From positions 1-64,000 of the forward strand of contig JAMDHS010000096.1 of NCBI GenBank assembly GCA_029717555.1: DNA of 64,000 nucleotides. The letters are read 5' to 3'. The notes under the pieces are model-generated. The model worked only from the letters and a program-made list of their open reading frames with translations. It was not told where the DNA came from and ran no database searches. This document shows, one piece after another, positions 27,528 to 39,069 of this stretch. This DNA is from Peribolospora baueri. Its lineage: Eukaryota. The first letter of the stretch is position 1. Every line of letters starts with the position of its first letter. The position numbers were made by a program, and so were the translations under genes.

Positions 27528-28806
27528 AAATTCTTTTCTTGCTAGGTCCGCCTATATGCGTAGTCGTTTATCACATACATCTCGCCTTCGCCCCGACCGT
27601 TGCCTCACACATCCAATCCACCCATCTGCATCTCGCCGGTTCCTGTCCAGCCTCTAACAACGATGGTTCCCTTACCAACTATCGCACGGCAGAGCAAGGA
27701 AGAGCACTTGGAGCAGTACCGAAGATGCTGTCGTCGGGCGGCTATTCTGCTTGTTGGAGCGAGTGTTTTCAGCACTCTGATGTCCCAACCCACTCAGAAC
27801 ACTCAGACGTCGGCCAATCTTAAAAAGAGTGGGTTGGGAGGGCAAGAAGGTGCCTGGGCTCTCATCAGATTGCAAGCGGGGAGGCAGTGGCGGATGAGGG
27901 AGTAAAGGAATTGGCACATGGATGACCGTCCATACGCCAAAAATTTGCAAGAGGACGAAGGAAAGTGAGAGTGTGATGAAAAAGGTAGAGATGGGATAAA
28001 GGAAGGAGACGATGTGGAGGACCGCGAGTAGCGACGAGTTGAGCGGATGAGTCCAGATCCGCAGCAAACCCAGCGAGTTGTTGGAAGAATCGCAAGTCCG
28101 GGCTGCGATTCTCTTTTGGCTGGGAGAAAGAAAGATGAATTTGAAAAATTCAAATTTTCAAAGTGCAGCCGAACGCCCAAGTCGAATTTCCACATGAAGT
28201 CAAATTGTTGGGTTAACTAAACCAACTCTTGCCCCGGTTGCCGAACGGCACCTTAGACGTGCCGTCACAGTACGTGGTCCCAGACGTGTACGTGAGGAAG
28301 ATCTTAGATTCGCAACACAGAGTACGCTGCCAGAGCGCCGCTTATATACTTGTGCAGGGCTTCAGTGCGCGAATGCGAAAGAGACAGGAAAAGGGGGAAG
28401 AAGAGGGGGCGCATGGATGCGAGACATGGCGGAATAAGGGATGAGGCATGGGCAAGAAAGGGCTCTCGGTGAGGAGCGAGCCTCTAGAGGAACGGCGTGC
28501 GACGGCAGGAAATAGAGACCGGGCGTAAGCGGGGATGACCGGACAAGCGGACAAGATCCCACATCGAGCTGTCACGTGGTGCGACATGTGCGGGACGAAG
28601 ACGGTTTCCACTGCGGAGGCCGTTGGCAAGGTTGCCCGCCGACAACGACGTTCATTACTTCGGCCAGCTCTTGGTCAACTGCAAGGACGGCCGGAGGATC
28701 ATGGATTACGGTCCAGCGAAGTACATCCATTGCATGGAACAACGCTACTGTCAATCTTCCTAGGACTCGCGAGGGGTAGCGGACCTCATCGGACTCGCGG
28801 CAGTCG

Positions 28807-28835
28807 TTTTTTTTTTTTTTTTTTTTTTTTTTTTT
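28807..28835. repeat. T29 homopolymer
   Basis: Read directly from the sequence. Confidence 0.9.
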
Positions 28836-30110
28836 CGCGGTCAGAACCCGCCAGGTTGCGACGGCGCTTGTTCCTCGGCAAATGATCCTGGGATGGACTG
28901 GCTCCTTCCCTGTATCCCGTCAGGAGCAGCTTGCTCACCCGCATCCGTTCTGTGTCACCATCGACGAGTTCCCCCGTAGGCGCTGACCTCTGGTGGTCCT
29001 TCTATCTTGAGCGTGCGGTTCGGCTCATCTTCCTCTGACCTCTGCCGTGATAGGGAGCGAAGGGGGAGAATGCATTAGTCATTGACTGAGATCACATTCA
29101 TAGCAGTGCCTTAACCATTCCCTTTCTTCAGGACCTCCGTGCGAGTAGACGCCCCTAACTTTGCTTCCACCTCCCATTCTTCGTCCGCCTTAATCAGCTC
29201 GTCCCCTTCATCAGCGACCCACTCTTACTTCTTCCTTCCCTTCTCGCTAGGTTCCTCCAAACATATACCTCTTTCCATCACGAACCGACACACCCTTCGT
29301 TCCGCCCGCCAATCCCAGCAACTCCTCTATATTCTACACCGCACCTCGATTTCTCGCCCGTCTTCTCGCCCCGCTACAATGGACCAACCTCCTGCCACTG
29401 GCGGTGTCAATCAGACCCACAACGACGGCGACGTCCCTGTTTACGTCAAACACTTTCTCGAAGCCTCCACCATGGACTTGGATGTGCTCACTAAAATTCA
29501 TGCTCTCACCCAGCAACAGCAGCCCAACACGAGTTCTAACCTCGTCGCCAGCATTCACGACGACGACTATGATACAGCCTACCACGCCCTCAGGCCGCTC
29601 ACTTTCAGGTGCTTCACGAAAGCACGTGTACCGACCCCGCGAGCGACCTCGAATAAGACGACGGGTTCTCCGATCATGTCGCTCCTGCCGGGGACAAGCC
29701 CGATCCCGAACCCCGTCTCCTCTGTCTCGCGCTCGGCCTCCTCCTATAATCTTTGATCCCCCAAGCCCTCCCTGTATTCGGATCTGGCTGCGCCTTCCGG
29801 AACTCTAACTACCACTATCATGACAACCTCCAGCAGGCGTCTTTCTAGAGACACGAAGCTTCAGCACACCGAGCCACATGCTCAATACCTGTGCGCCCTG
29901 TTGTTTTCATGGATCTAGAGGCAGGCGTTCGTCCCAGTTGTATCATTAGAACTCACAACGCAGAACAATGGATTTCTGTGACAGTAGAATTCATCATCGA
30001 CACACAAGTCCGACTTGTCCTTGACGCCTGGTCATCGCGACGCCGTACAATGGCTGCACACGGACCGGTGCGATGGTATTTCCTAGGTGCCTGCTAAGGG
30101 GAACGGCACT

Positions 30111-30155
30111 TGCAGCTGTCCATCCAGCAGCTGTCCATCCAGCAGCTGTCTATCC
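30111..30155 (+). repeat. 15-bp tandem repeat x3 (GCAGCTGTCCATCCA)
   Basis: gcagctgtccatcca gcagctgtccatcca gcagctgtctatcca. Confidence 0.85.
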
Positions 30156-30475
30156 AAGGCCGATGCTTCGCAGTTTGAATAGTGGCGTTCTGGAGGGGGA
30201 GCACTCCATCGCCTGTCGTCTCGCTCATCGACACCGACTTGCAGCTGCAGCACCCACGTGGCCCCGAGGTTGAGCCCGTCAGCCGGTCGGCCCACGTGCG
30301 GTTTTGGATTTGCATGCGCGGTGATGAGCGGACGCATGGCGAGGACCAGCGCACTGCACTTCTCATTCCAGGCGCCTCCTTCCAAACCTTCCCAGGCCCG
30401 TGCTCCTCCACGAGGGGGGCACCAGCTTTTTTCTTCTCGTCACCCGAACGCCCGCCGCCCGTCGTACGCCCATCC

Positions 30476-32855
30476 ATGTCTTCTTTTTCCGGCGCCGGCC
30501 TCGTCGTCCCTCGGGCCACCCGCCCCCCGGGCTTGAGCGAAGACGAAGCCTGGCTCTGGCCCTTCATGAGCGAGGGGGAGGACCGCGTGTTCATGCTCCG
30601 CTTCCTCATCGCCACCTGCGTGATTCTGGGCGTCAACGGCTGGGACATTCTTGAGACGCTGCCCTTTGACGTCGGTCTGCTTTTCTACGAGCCCGGTTGG
30701 GGGTGGAGGAGCTCCAAGTCGATCGTCCGGGTCGCCTACCTGTTGGCGAGACCTATGGCGCTTTGGTACACTCTCATGCAGCTCGCTATCATCGGTGAGC
30801 TTCCCCACTTGTTCGACACCCCGTCCGAGAATGACAGATTGCCAGCTGGCCGGCTTCAGCTCAGTCAGACGGACGTCCATTCAATTTATTCTCCCTCCGT
30901 CTCTTCTTCGCACCCGCTCCCCTGCCAAAACAAACAGTCGTGCCCAGCGTCAGCTTTGAGAGCAAGGACACGCCCTACTGGGACGTTTTGCATGTCACCT
31001 CGCTCACCGTCGCCATTGCCTGCTCCAACCTCCTCTTTCTCGCCCGCGTCGTCGCCATTTGGAAGGAGAACATGTGCGTGGTGGGACCGGCGGAAGCTGC
31101 CGTGCTTGGTACGAGGTGTCCCAGGCCGACATGAGCCCACAGCTAGCTACAGCGGTTGAGCGAATTTTCATTCTTTCTCCCTTCCTTCCCGGTTTGATTC
31201 GACCTTGCACAGCTGGGTATCCGCCTTCGCTTGCTTCATGTGGCTTCTTAACGTGGTCTGGGTCATCATCGCCTCCGACTTTACTTTGACCGTCATCAAT
31301 GCCCCTTGGAACACTGTTCACGGACGAGCGATAAAGGCCATGTTTGCTGTGAGGGAACGAATGGGTTCTCTCGATCGGAAATGAAGGAAGAAGGCCTGGT
31401 TTGCTCACACTCCGCGTCGCGTTCCCTCCTCCTTCGTTTCCCCTTTGTGTTTAGGCCACTTGGATGGCCTTCGATTTGACGGTCGTCGTGCTATGCATCC
31501 TCAAGGGTGAGCTCATTTCGACCGAAACCGAAACTGCTTTTTCAGAACACGTTAACTGACGCTTCCTGTAACTTCCACCGTCGCAGTCATCGACGGCAAT
31601 CTGTGAGTTCCGTGGTCGTGTCTGCGATATCCTACATGCTTCGCGGCTCGACGACGTTGGAGCAAATGAAAGTGCTAAGACGGCGTTCCGCTTTTCGCCC
31701 CCACCCTTCTCAGATGGAGCTTCCTGTGCAGGAGGACGGCCATGAGCCAAATATCAACGCTGTCCTATCTGATCGTTAGCAATGGTGCGTGAGCGCCTTC
31801 TCGTACCGCTTGCTTCCACCCGTACGGGATAGAGCCCGACAAGATGATCGCTCATCTACGATCTCCTCCGCAACTCAGGCATTACGTATTATGTGCTCGT
31901 GACGATGGCCGAGGTGGCCCAGGTCCTGTATAGGTACAAGTTCGAGGACCCAAGCTCGAGTGTTGGGGCGCGGTGGGCGGTGAGTGTCGGATTTCCTTGA
32001 TGGATCACGTCTTGTGCACCAAATTGTATGGGCTTGGTGTCCCATCGCTGGACATTGACACATCGGAACCTGTCTGCAGACGACCTCGCTTCAAGTTTGT
32101 GTCACTTTTGTGAGTTGCTTTTTCTGAGACGTCACTTGAGGGGTCCGGGCAGAAAAGACAAGACAGCTCATCTCCCGCGCCTTGTTGAACGTGGTCGCTG
32201 GCGGCCTTGGTACCGTCATCAGTCGGCCGTCTTCGGAGCCCGGATGTACCGCAACGTCTTCTTCGTCGTGGGCTCGCACGTCGTGGCCGTGGACGACCTC
32301 GACCTATCGGCGCTCTCCGAAGGCGATACGATGATCGACGCTCCGGTACCACCTTCAGTCCCTCGGATCGAACGACCACGACGGCCGTCCGCTCATCGTC
32401 CGTCGTCTCTCCGCATCCCTCGCACGATCCCTCACGCTGGGATCAGCTCTCCGGGAGATTCGCCGTTCGAGACGCCTGTGCCCGTGTCCGGCACGTCGGC
32501 CGCCGACGGTCCCTACGGAAGATTCCCGCGATCGGTCCTCCTCTCTCCTCTCTCCTCTCCTTCTTCCAGGAGGGTGCGGCAAGGCGAGGGTGTGCGTCCG
32601 AGGTGGAGCCGTGGGCGAAGCGGGGGCGGGGATTGGGATCAAGAGCAGGGAGACATGCGGGTGCCGTCTCCGCCGTGGGCCAAGGACGGACCGTCGGCAC
32701 CGCCGATGTGGCCGACAAGGACGGAGGAGGACGCTGTGGCTCGTCAAGGACACGTGGACCGAGGCATTCCGCTCACTGCCGTCCCATTTCGAAATACGGC
32801 TGGCTCCGCCATGGACGGCCCTGGCCCTGAGCGCCGGCGGAGCGAAGCGGCGTAG
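30476..32855 (+). CDS. DUF6533-like multi-pass membrane protein with a disordered C-terminal tail
   Basis: ATCVILGVNGWDILETLPFDVGLLF...SIVRVAYLLARP and NLLFLARVVAIW follow the basidiomycete DUF6533 pattern. Later exons read AFDLTVVVLCILK and GARMYRNVF; many introns. Confidence 0.6.
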
Positions 32856-33731
32856 CAGATCTTGATAGATTGGCTGCCACGGGCCCCCTACGTTCTCTTC
32901 TCTCTTTCCTCTCTTTCCCCGACCGGTTCGCACCTAGACCGTCTGGCTTCGCATCCTTACCATCCTTCCGAACGTTCTTTTTTTTTTTTTCTCTGTCGTT
33001 GCCTGTTCCGCTCGGGTTTTATGTCCGGCCGGTGTGTATTCCCCGTTCATTCATGTATGGTCGTTCATCCTCGTATCAACAAAGCATTATTTAATCGGAT
33101 CGTTGCGCTCGTGCCTTTTCCGGGGTCCGTCGCGTACGCGCGCGCGGGCTCTTTTCCATCGCTGGCCCCGATGGAAGCGGTCACTCGACCTGCTCTCCGC
33201 TCGCCCCGCCTCGAAGAAGAGGTCCGAGATTGTCTCCGGAAATCTATCCACCTTTTTTGAGACTGACTGAATGTCTGTCTATCTGTCGTATGTCCGCCCG
33301 GTCGCTCGGGCTCGGGCTCGGCTCGGGAATCTCTCGTCAGGCACGCACCAGCACGTCGGCGATCACCTCCATTCCCAGCCCGCGGGCGCCGGCTCAGCGG
33401 TCGTGTCGAAGTCCGAGGTCATTGCCGGCTGGCTGGCGACCAGCAACGGCAACAGACTCACTCATCTCAAGTGGGGGCGTTGAAGGCCGGTCGGCTGGCC
33501 GGTGCGAGGAAAGAGGAAAGAGTCGCCGGAGGGCGAGCGAACAAGTCACCGTGGAGGGCAATAAGAACAGACGGCGACAGGACCGACACAGCGAGTCCAT
33601 CACGTCACCGACCGCCGTCTTCTTAGACCACCACCACCACCACCGTTGTCGTCGTCGCCGTCGTCTTCGTCCTCGTCGTCGCCTCCTACGCCCGTCTCGC
33701 CCGCCCCGCCTTCCAGCGCATCACACCGACC

Positions 33732-35490
33732 ATGGCCTCCGCCCCCGCCCCCGCATCCGCATCCGCCCCCGCATCCGTAGCCCTCCCCTCCAAGGAGAAC
33801 CTCACCCTCCGCGCGACGCACGACTGCCAGCTCAAGCTCACCACCAAGGACGTACGCCCGCCCGGTCCCGGTCAGGCCCTTGTTCATGTCAAGGCTACGG
33901 GCGTGTGTGGGTGAGTCGTCCGCCGTCCCCTTTGTCGATCCGGTGGGGCGCTGGTGGGCGAAAGCGGCGGTGATGGGATGGGTCGCGCGGCTGGAGAGAG
34001 AAAGAAAGTGTGTGTGTGTGTGTGTGTGTGTCCCGGCGCTCACGAAGGGATCGCTCGCCTCCCTCGCAGCTCGGACGTCCACTTCTGGAAACACGGCGGG
34101 CTGGGCCCCTGGAAGATCGACTCGGAGGTGACCATCGGCCACGAGTCTGGCGGCATCGTCGTCGCCGTGGGCGAGGGCGTCGAGAACGTCAAAGTGGGCG
34201 ACAAGGTGGCCATCGAGCCGGGCGTGCCATGCGGCAAGGCGACGTGCGAGATGTGCTTGACGGGACAGTACAACATGTGCCCGGTGAGCTTGGAGCCGAG
34301 CGCTTCCTCGAGCCCACCACCGGCCCGCCCCGTCTCACGTCTCTTTCCTGTCCATTCTCGTCCTTCTTCCCTCCCAGGCCGTGGACTTCTACTCCGTTCC
34401 ACCCATGGACGGCACTCTGACCCGCTACCACCTCCACCCAGCTGCGTGGCTGCACAAGGTACCGGACAACTTCTCCTACGCCCAGATAGCGCTTCTCGAG
34501 CCCCTCAGCGTTGGTCTTCGCGGCGTGCAGAGGGCCGACGTCAGGCTCGGTCAGCCTGTCCTGGTCACCGGCGCTGGTGAGTGGCTGGATTTCGTTCATG
34601 CCTAGCACGTACCATGCATGCTTCCTCGTCGCTGGACACTAGTACACGTTTGCTGACGCTTCGGACGCCTACACGGACACCGGTCGACCACATAGGCCCG
34701 ATCGGCATCGTCACCCTCCTCCTCGTTGCAGCCGCCGGCGCCTCGCCGCTCGTGATCACGGACATCTCAGACGAGCGACTCGCCTTTGCCGCAAAGCTCG
34801 TTCCCTCCGTTAAGACGTACAAGGTCGACCCGTCCAAGACGCCGGAGCAGGCGGCCAAGGACATCAGGCAGATCTTCGGCACTTATAGTCCCGGGATGAT
34901 GCCGGAGGTGACGATGGAGTGCACAGGCGTCGAGAGCAGCGTCAACACGGCATGCTATGCTACCAAGCCCACTGGGTGAGCCCACCGTGCAAAGGGCCGG
35001 TTACGATTTTTTCCCGTCGCCACCTCTTTCTCAGCAACCCTCGTCTGCTAACGGTTGACTCACCTCACGTCCTTCGCTCTCTAACCGCTTCGGTTCGCCA
35101 AACAGGCTCGTCTTCGTCGTAGGCGTCGGCGCGCCGGTGCAAAAGATCCCCTTCATGCACCTCAGTACGAATGAGATCGACCTCAAGTTCCTCTTCCGCT
35201 ACCGGCACACCTGGCCCACCGCCATCCGCCTCGTCCAAACGGGCGTCATTGACGTCACGCCGCTCGTCACGCACACTTTCCCGCTCGAGAAGGCTAAGGA
35301 GGCCGTTGAGGTTGGTTTTTCATTCCCTCCCCCCACCTCTCCTTCCTTCTCTCCTTACTTCGTCATCCTTCGCATGAGCGTTCTGGCTCACGCCGGCCGG
35401 CCGTCCTATTTCTCGCAGCTGTCGGCCAACCGCAACGTTTTCAGCATCAAGACCCTCATCGTGGACGAGGCCGAGGACGACCAGAACTGA
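33732..35490 (+). CDS. Zn-dependent polyol dehydrogenase, L-arabinitol 4-dehydrogenase-like (MDR family)
   Basis: [35 protein letters not shown]...[28 protein letters not shown] and [19 protein letters not shown]. Confidence 0.9.
34008..34031. repeat. (GT)n microsatellite in intron
   Basis: A gtgtgt... run inside intron 1 of the dehydrogenase. Confidence 0.85.
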
Positions 35491-35759
35491 GCGTTCCCCG
35501 CGGACGCCTCGTCCGACTCGGCTCCGTCATTTTCACGTCATTTTCAGGTCCATTCACGGTACTGTTCCGTGACCCGTATCCTGTGTACCAATTACCAACG
35601 GTTTCCTTTGTTCAGGTGCAATACGCATGCCAATCGTCTCCAAAGATGTCTCTGTCCTTTTCTTTCCTTCCTCTGTCGGTTGGCTCCGCGTGCAAGCTGC
35701 AAATGTTCACCCGTCCGTCCCGCTCTGTCATGGAGGGAGCCCGCGACGAGCGCAACTCA

Positions 35760-38651
35760 CTATCGCACAATTTCCAGCTCCTCGTCGCTGTCCTCATCCT
35801 CGCCCGCACTGACCACCCGTTCAGCTCTCCCGCTTCCGTTGCTGCCGCTCGGTCCACCCTCTTCGTCGCCGCTTCCTCCCGTCCGGTTCGACCCTCCGGT
35901 CGTCGGTGATGTTTTCTTGCCCAATGCCGAGCTAAGACGTTCTCCGTTCGATAAGGCGGCGATGGCGGCGAGCTGCGAGCAGTGAGGGTGTAGGTGCGAC
36001 GGCGACGGCACCGCATTAGAACAGAACGTTGGGGGCAGGTCAGCAAATGTGCCCGCCCCGAACACGAACACGAATGCGCAAACGAATGGCGAATGGGGCC
36101 GCCTGCCTCTCCATTGTCTCTCACCGTGCGCTTGCTACTTCGTTCCCGTAACGCCTTGCCAGCCCCGGACGTTGTTCCGCCCAGCGGATCGAAACCGATG
36201 AGACGGATGGCTTCAGCGGAGAATGGCGCTCGCTCCGTCGTCCTTGCTCGTCCAGGGCCTTGGTCCCCACAGACGGCGACGTCGTCGTTGACGACTTCGC
36301 CGGGACTCGCCTTGACCTTCGCGAGGAGGCCCGCAGATGATGATGATGGGGCGGACGGGCCTTTGGTCACCTTTGCTCGCTTCGCCGCCCGTGCCAATTC
36401 CAAGTATTTTGCGCCCGTCGTAGTCCTCGCCGCTTCGGCCGCTTCTGCCGCCTTGCCCTGTCCAACGTCGCGGCCGCCGGACGAACAGGACGGGCCGTCA
36501 TCTTCTCCGAGCAAATGCTTCACCCATTCCTCCTCCTCCGCCTTCCTCCTCGCCCTCGCCTCCTTCTCCGCCTTCCTCCTCCCAAACCGTCCTTCCACAG
36601 AACGCTCGCCTACCGCGGCAGAGTGACCGCCGGCGAGCACGTACGTGTGCCCTTGCGAAGCGGTGCCCGCGTCCGCCATTGGACGCTGTGGGGTCGCTCC
36701 GTTGTGAGGGAGCAGTCCCCATTTGCGGGCGGCGTCAAAACCTCCGGAATTGCAGAACTTTGGGGACCTGCGGTACGGGATCGGCGACGTGGACATGCCA
36801 GAAGTGCTAGATGGATGGGAAAGAGCGAGGCAGGAGTGAGATGAAGTGTGCCGATCGCGTCAGGGTGAAAGACTGAGACGCTCGTTCGTTCATTCAAGAG
36901 GACCTTTACGTACCCCCGAAAGAACTCGGCTCTGCCCGCGCGTTTTTGTTGGACGCCTAGCTGGAGGTGGTATTCGCACACATCCGAGACACGCCTGGGC
37001 CCACCGACAGAGCATCGTGTAAGTGCATCGAACAGCCTAGACGGGTAGCCTGGGCGGGATGCATTGGCGACACTCACTTATCGCAGAAGCTCTGACACCT
37101 CTTGCCGTCCTTGCGCATAGCTTGACACGTCCCATAATCTAGAGCTCGACCGATGATCACCACGTTATCGACAGAGTCGGGCGTAATGGCGAGGATGTTG
37201 GATGCGGGATGAGGTCCAGCGCTCTGCATGAGCGTGAAATAAATTCCCGGTCAGAAGGACGCGATTGCCGGGAGAAAAGCAGACTTGGAGGAACGTTGCT
37301 CTCGCTCACCAAAAGAGGCTTGAGAACGCGCGGGTGCAGGATAGCCACCACGGTCCCCTCCCTTTCCTTCCAAAGCTTCTCGAACGCCCCTCCACTACCG
37401 CCCCTGTATATCCGTACGCCATCCCCACTTTCATCCTCTGGCAGCCTACTCGACACATCCGACTCAAAAAGGAGGAGGTTGAGCACCGCATCACCGGCCG
37501 GTGCCGAAGCAGCAGAGATGGAAGCAGTGGCTGAGCGGCTGCGCGCCGCTCCGCCGAGGTCAAAGAGCTTGAACGTCAGGTACTTCTTCCCGCCCCGGTG
37601 CTTCCTGGGGACATAGTCCTGGGAGCCATTCCGATCGCCAGCGCCATCCGCATCGTCATCGTCGCTGCCGCTTTCTCGGTCCTCGCCGTCCTCATCGTCT
37701 CCCATCCCTCTCCCTTGACCCGCCGTTGCTGCTGTTCGCTTCGTAACCCTGATCTCGGACTTCTCCCCCAAAACGCCAATCGTCACCCACTCGCCCTCGA
37801 CCGGGATGTCGTAGTTAGGTGATGCCTTGTTACGGGATCCGAAAGAGGAATTAGAACCAGAGGGAAGACGAACGATCGAGTAGAGCAGAGACGGTGGCAG
37901 ATAGTACCGGCCTGTCAGGAAGGATTGGAGTGAATCGTGAGAAAGGTCTCGGGACCTGGAAGAAGTCAAAGAAGCATGCAAAAATAAGAATGAGTGGATA
38001 CGTCACATCGCGCGAAGCCCTGCGAACGAGCGGCTGGCGGGACATGCTCACTTTAATCGAATCCCAGAATTCGGCTCCAACGCCTCAAAGTTGGGGTCAT
38101 CCGTTGGCGGAGAGAAATCTTTCGGCCCCAGCTCAAGGTTTTCAATCAACGCCATACGCTCGTCCCGTTGCCGCCCGCTCTTCAGGCCCATCTCTCTGGC
38201 CCTGTCCGCCTTGACCTTCTCTGCGGCTGCGCGGCTTACAGATGCAGGAGCCGTGGACGTTGGAGGTGATGCCGGACGACCACTGCTGCCGCTCGGGACG
38301 CTGAAGTTAGGTTTGGCTATGGCATGTCCCTGGAAATGAGCTCCGGCATTTCCGACTTGGATACGAGGGGACGAGGACAGGCGGAGGGAGAAAGCATAAG
38401 ACAACAAGAAGTAAGGGAGGCATGCGTCTTGCAGAGATTAAACAGCACGTACCCTTTGGCTTTGCAGGGCTACACGGAACCAGCACCTTGGACTTGTCGC
38501 CACTTGAGGCATGCGTGGTCGCTCGTCCCGGGGCAAGCGCGGAGGTGGACGAAGAGGGACGATCGAGCTTAACCTGAAGGGCGGCAATCTGAGCCTGGAT
38601 CTCCTTCCTCCGTTGGAGCTCGGTCAGAGCGTTCGAATTCGAAACCTCCAT
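35760..38651 (-). CDS. MCM10: DNA replication factor Mcm10
   Basis: FEALEPNSGIRL, YDIPVEGEWVTIGV, KKYLTFKLFDL and FEKLWKEREGTVVAILHPRVL (OB fold), then the zinc finger DYGTCQAMRKDGKRCQSFCD..VCEYH and KRAGRAEF. Confidence 0.92.
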
Positions 38652-38723
38652 TGCCGGCCGCAGAGAGAGATGGACGCAATGGCGAATGAAGCCTGTTACG
38701 TCGACAGCCTTGGTCGAAGCACT

Positions 38724-38768
38724 CGCGCGTCTAACGCCGCGTCCCGACGCGTAAAGCACGTCACGCGT
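38724..38768. promoter_or_regulatory. Cluster of MCB (MluI cell-cycle box)-type elements upstream of MCM10
   Basis: Perfect ACGCGT at 38747-38752 and 38763-38768, plus ACGCG cores on the minus strand at about 38726-38730 and 38738-38742, all 70-120 bp upstream of the MCM10 ATG. Confidence 0.7.
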
Positions 38769-39069
38769 CGGCTGCGGCTCTTCGGCTCGCACGCTACTGG
38801 CTCACAGGGTAGCGTATCGAAGTTGCGCTTGCTCACAAGAACGAGATCCAAGACGAGATCCGGGCAATACACAGGAAACAACGGTCACATCAAAAGACGA
38901 ATCCTGTTATCTAGTGTAAAAAGAAAGGAACCTATGGGTTCATCGCCGCGTCTTCCTGACCCGACGGAGTGAGCAAATGACTGGTGACGTGCACCTTCGC
39001 TGCCACCTCGCTCTCCTCGTCATTGGCATCTGTGAAGGATGCAGAAGGCGTGTCCGGTAACGAGGTCGC

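Noticed and set aside
28807..28900. T29 as the tail of a LINE/SINE
   Set aside because: I found no target-site duplication, Pol III boxes or LINE ORF remnants.
30111..30155. Short repeats as a CRISPR-like array
   Set aside because: These are direct tandem units with no spacers, in eukaryotic sequence.
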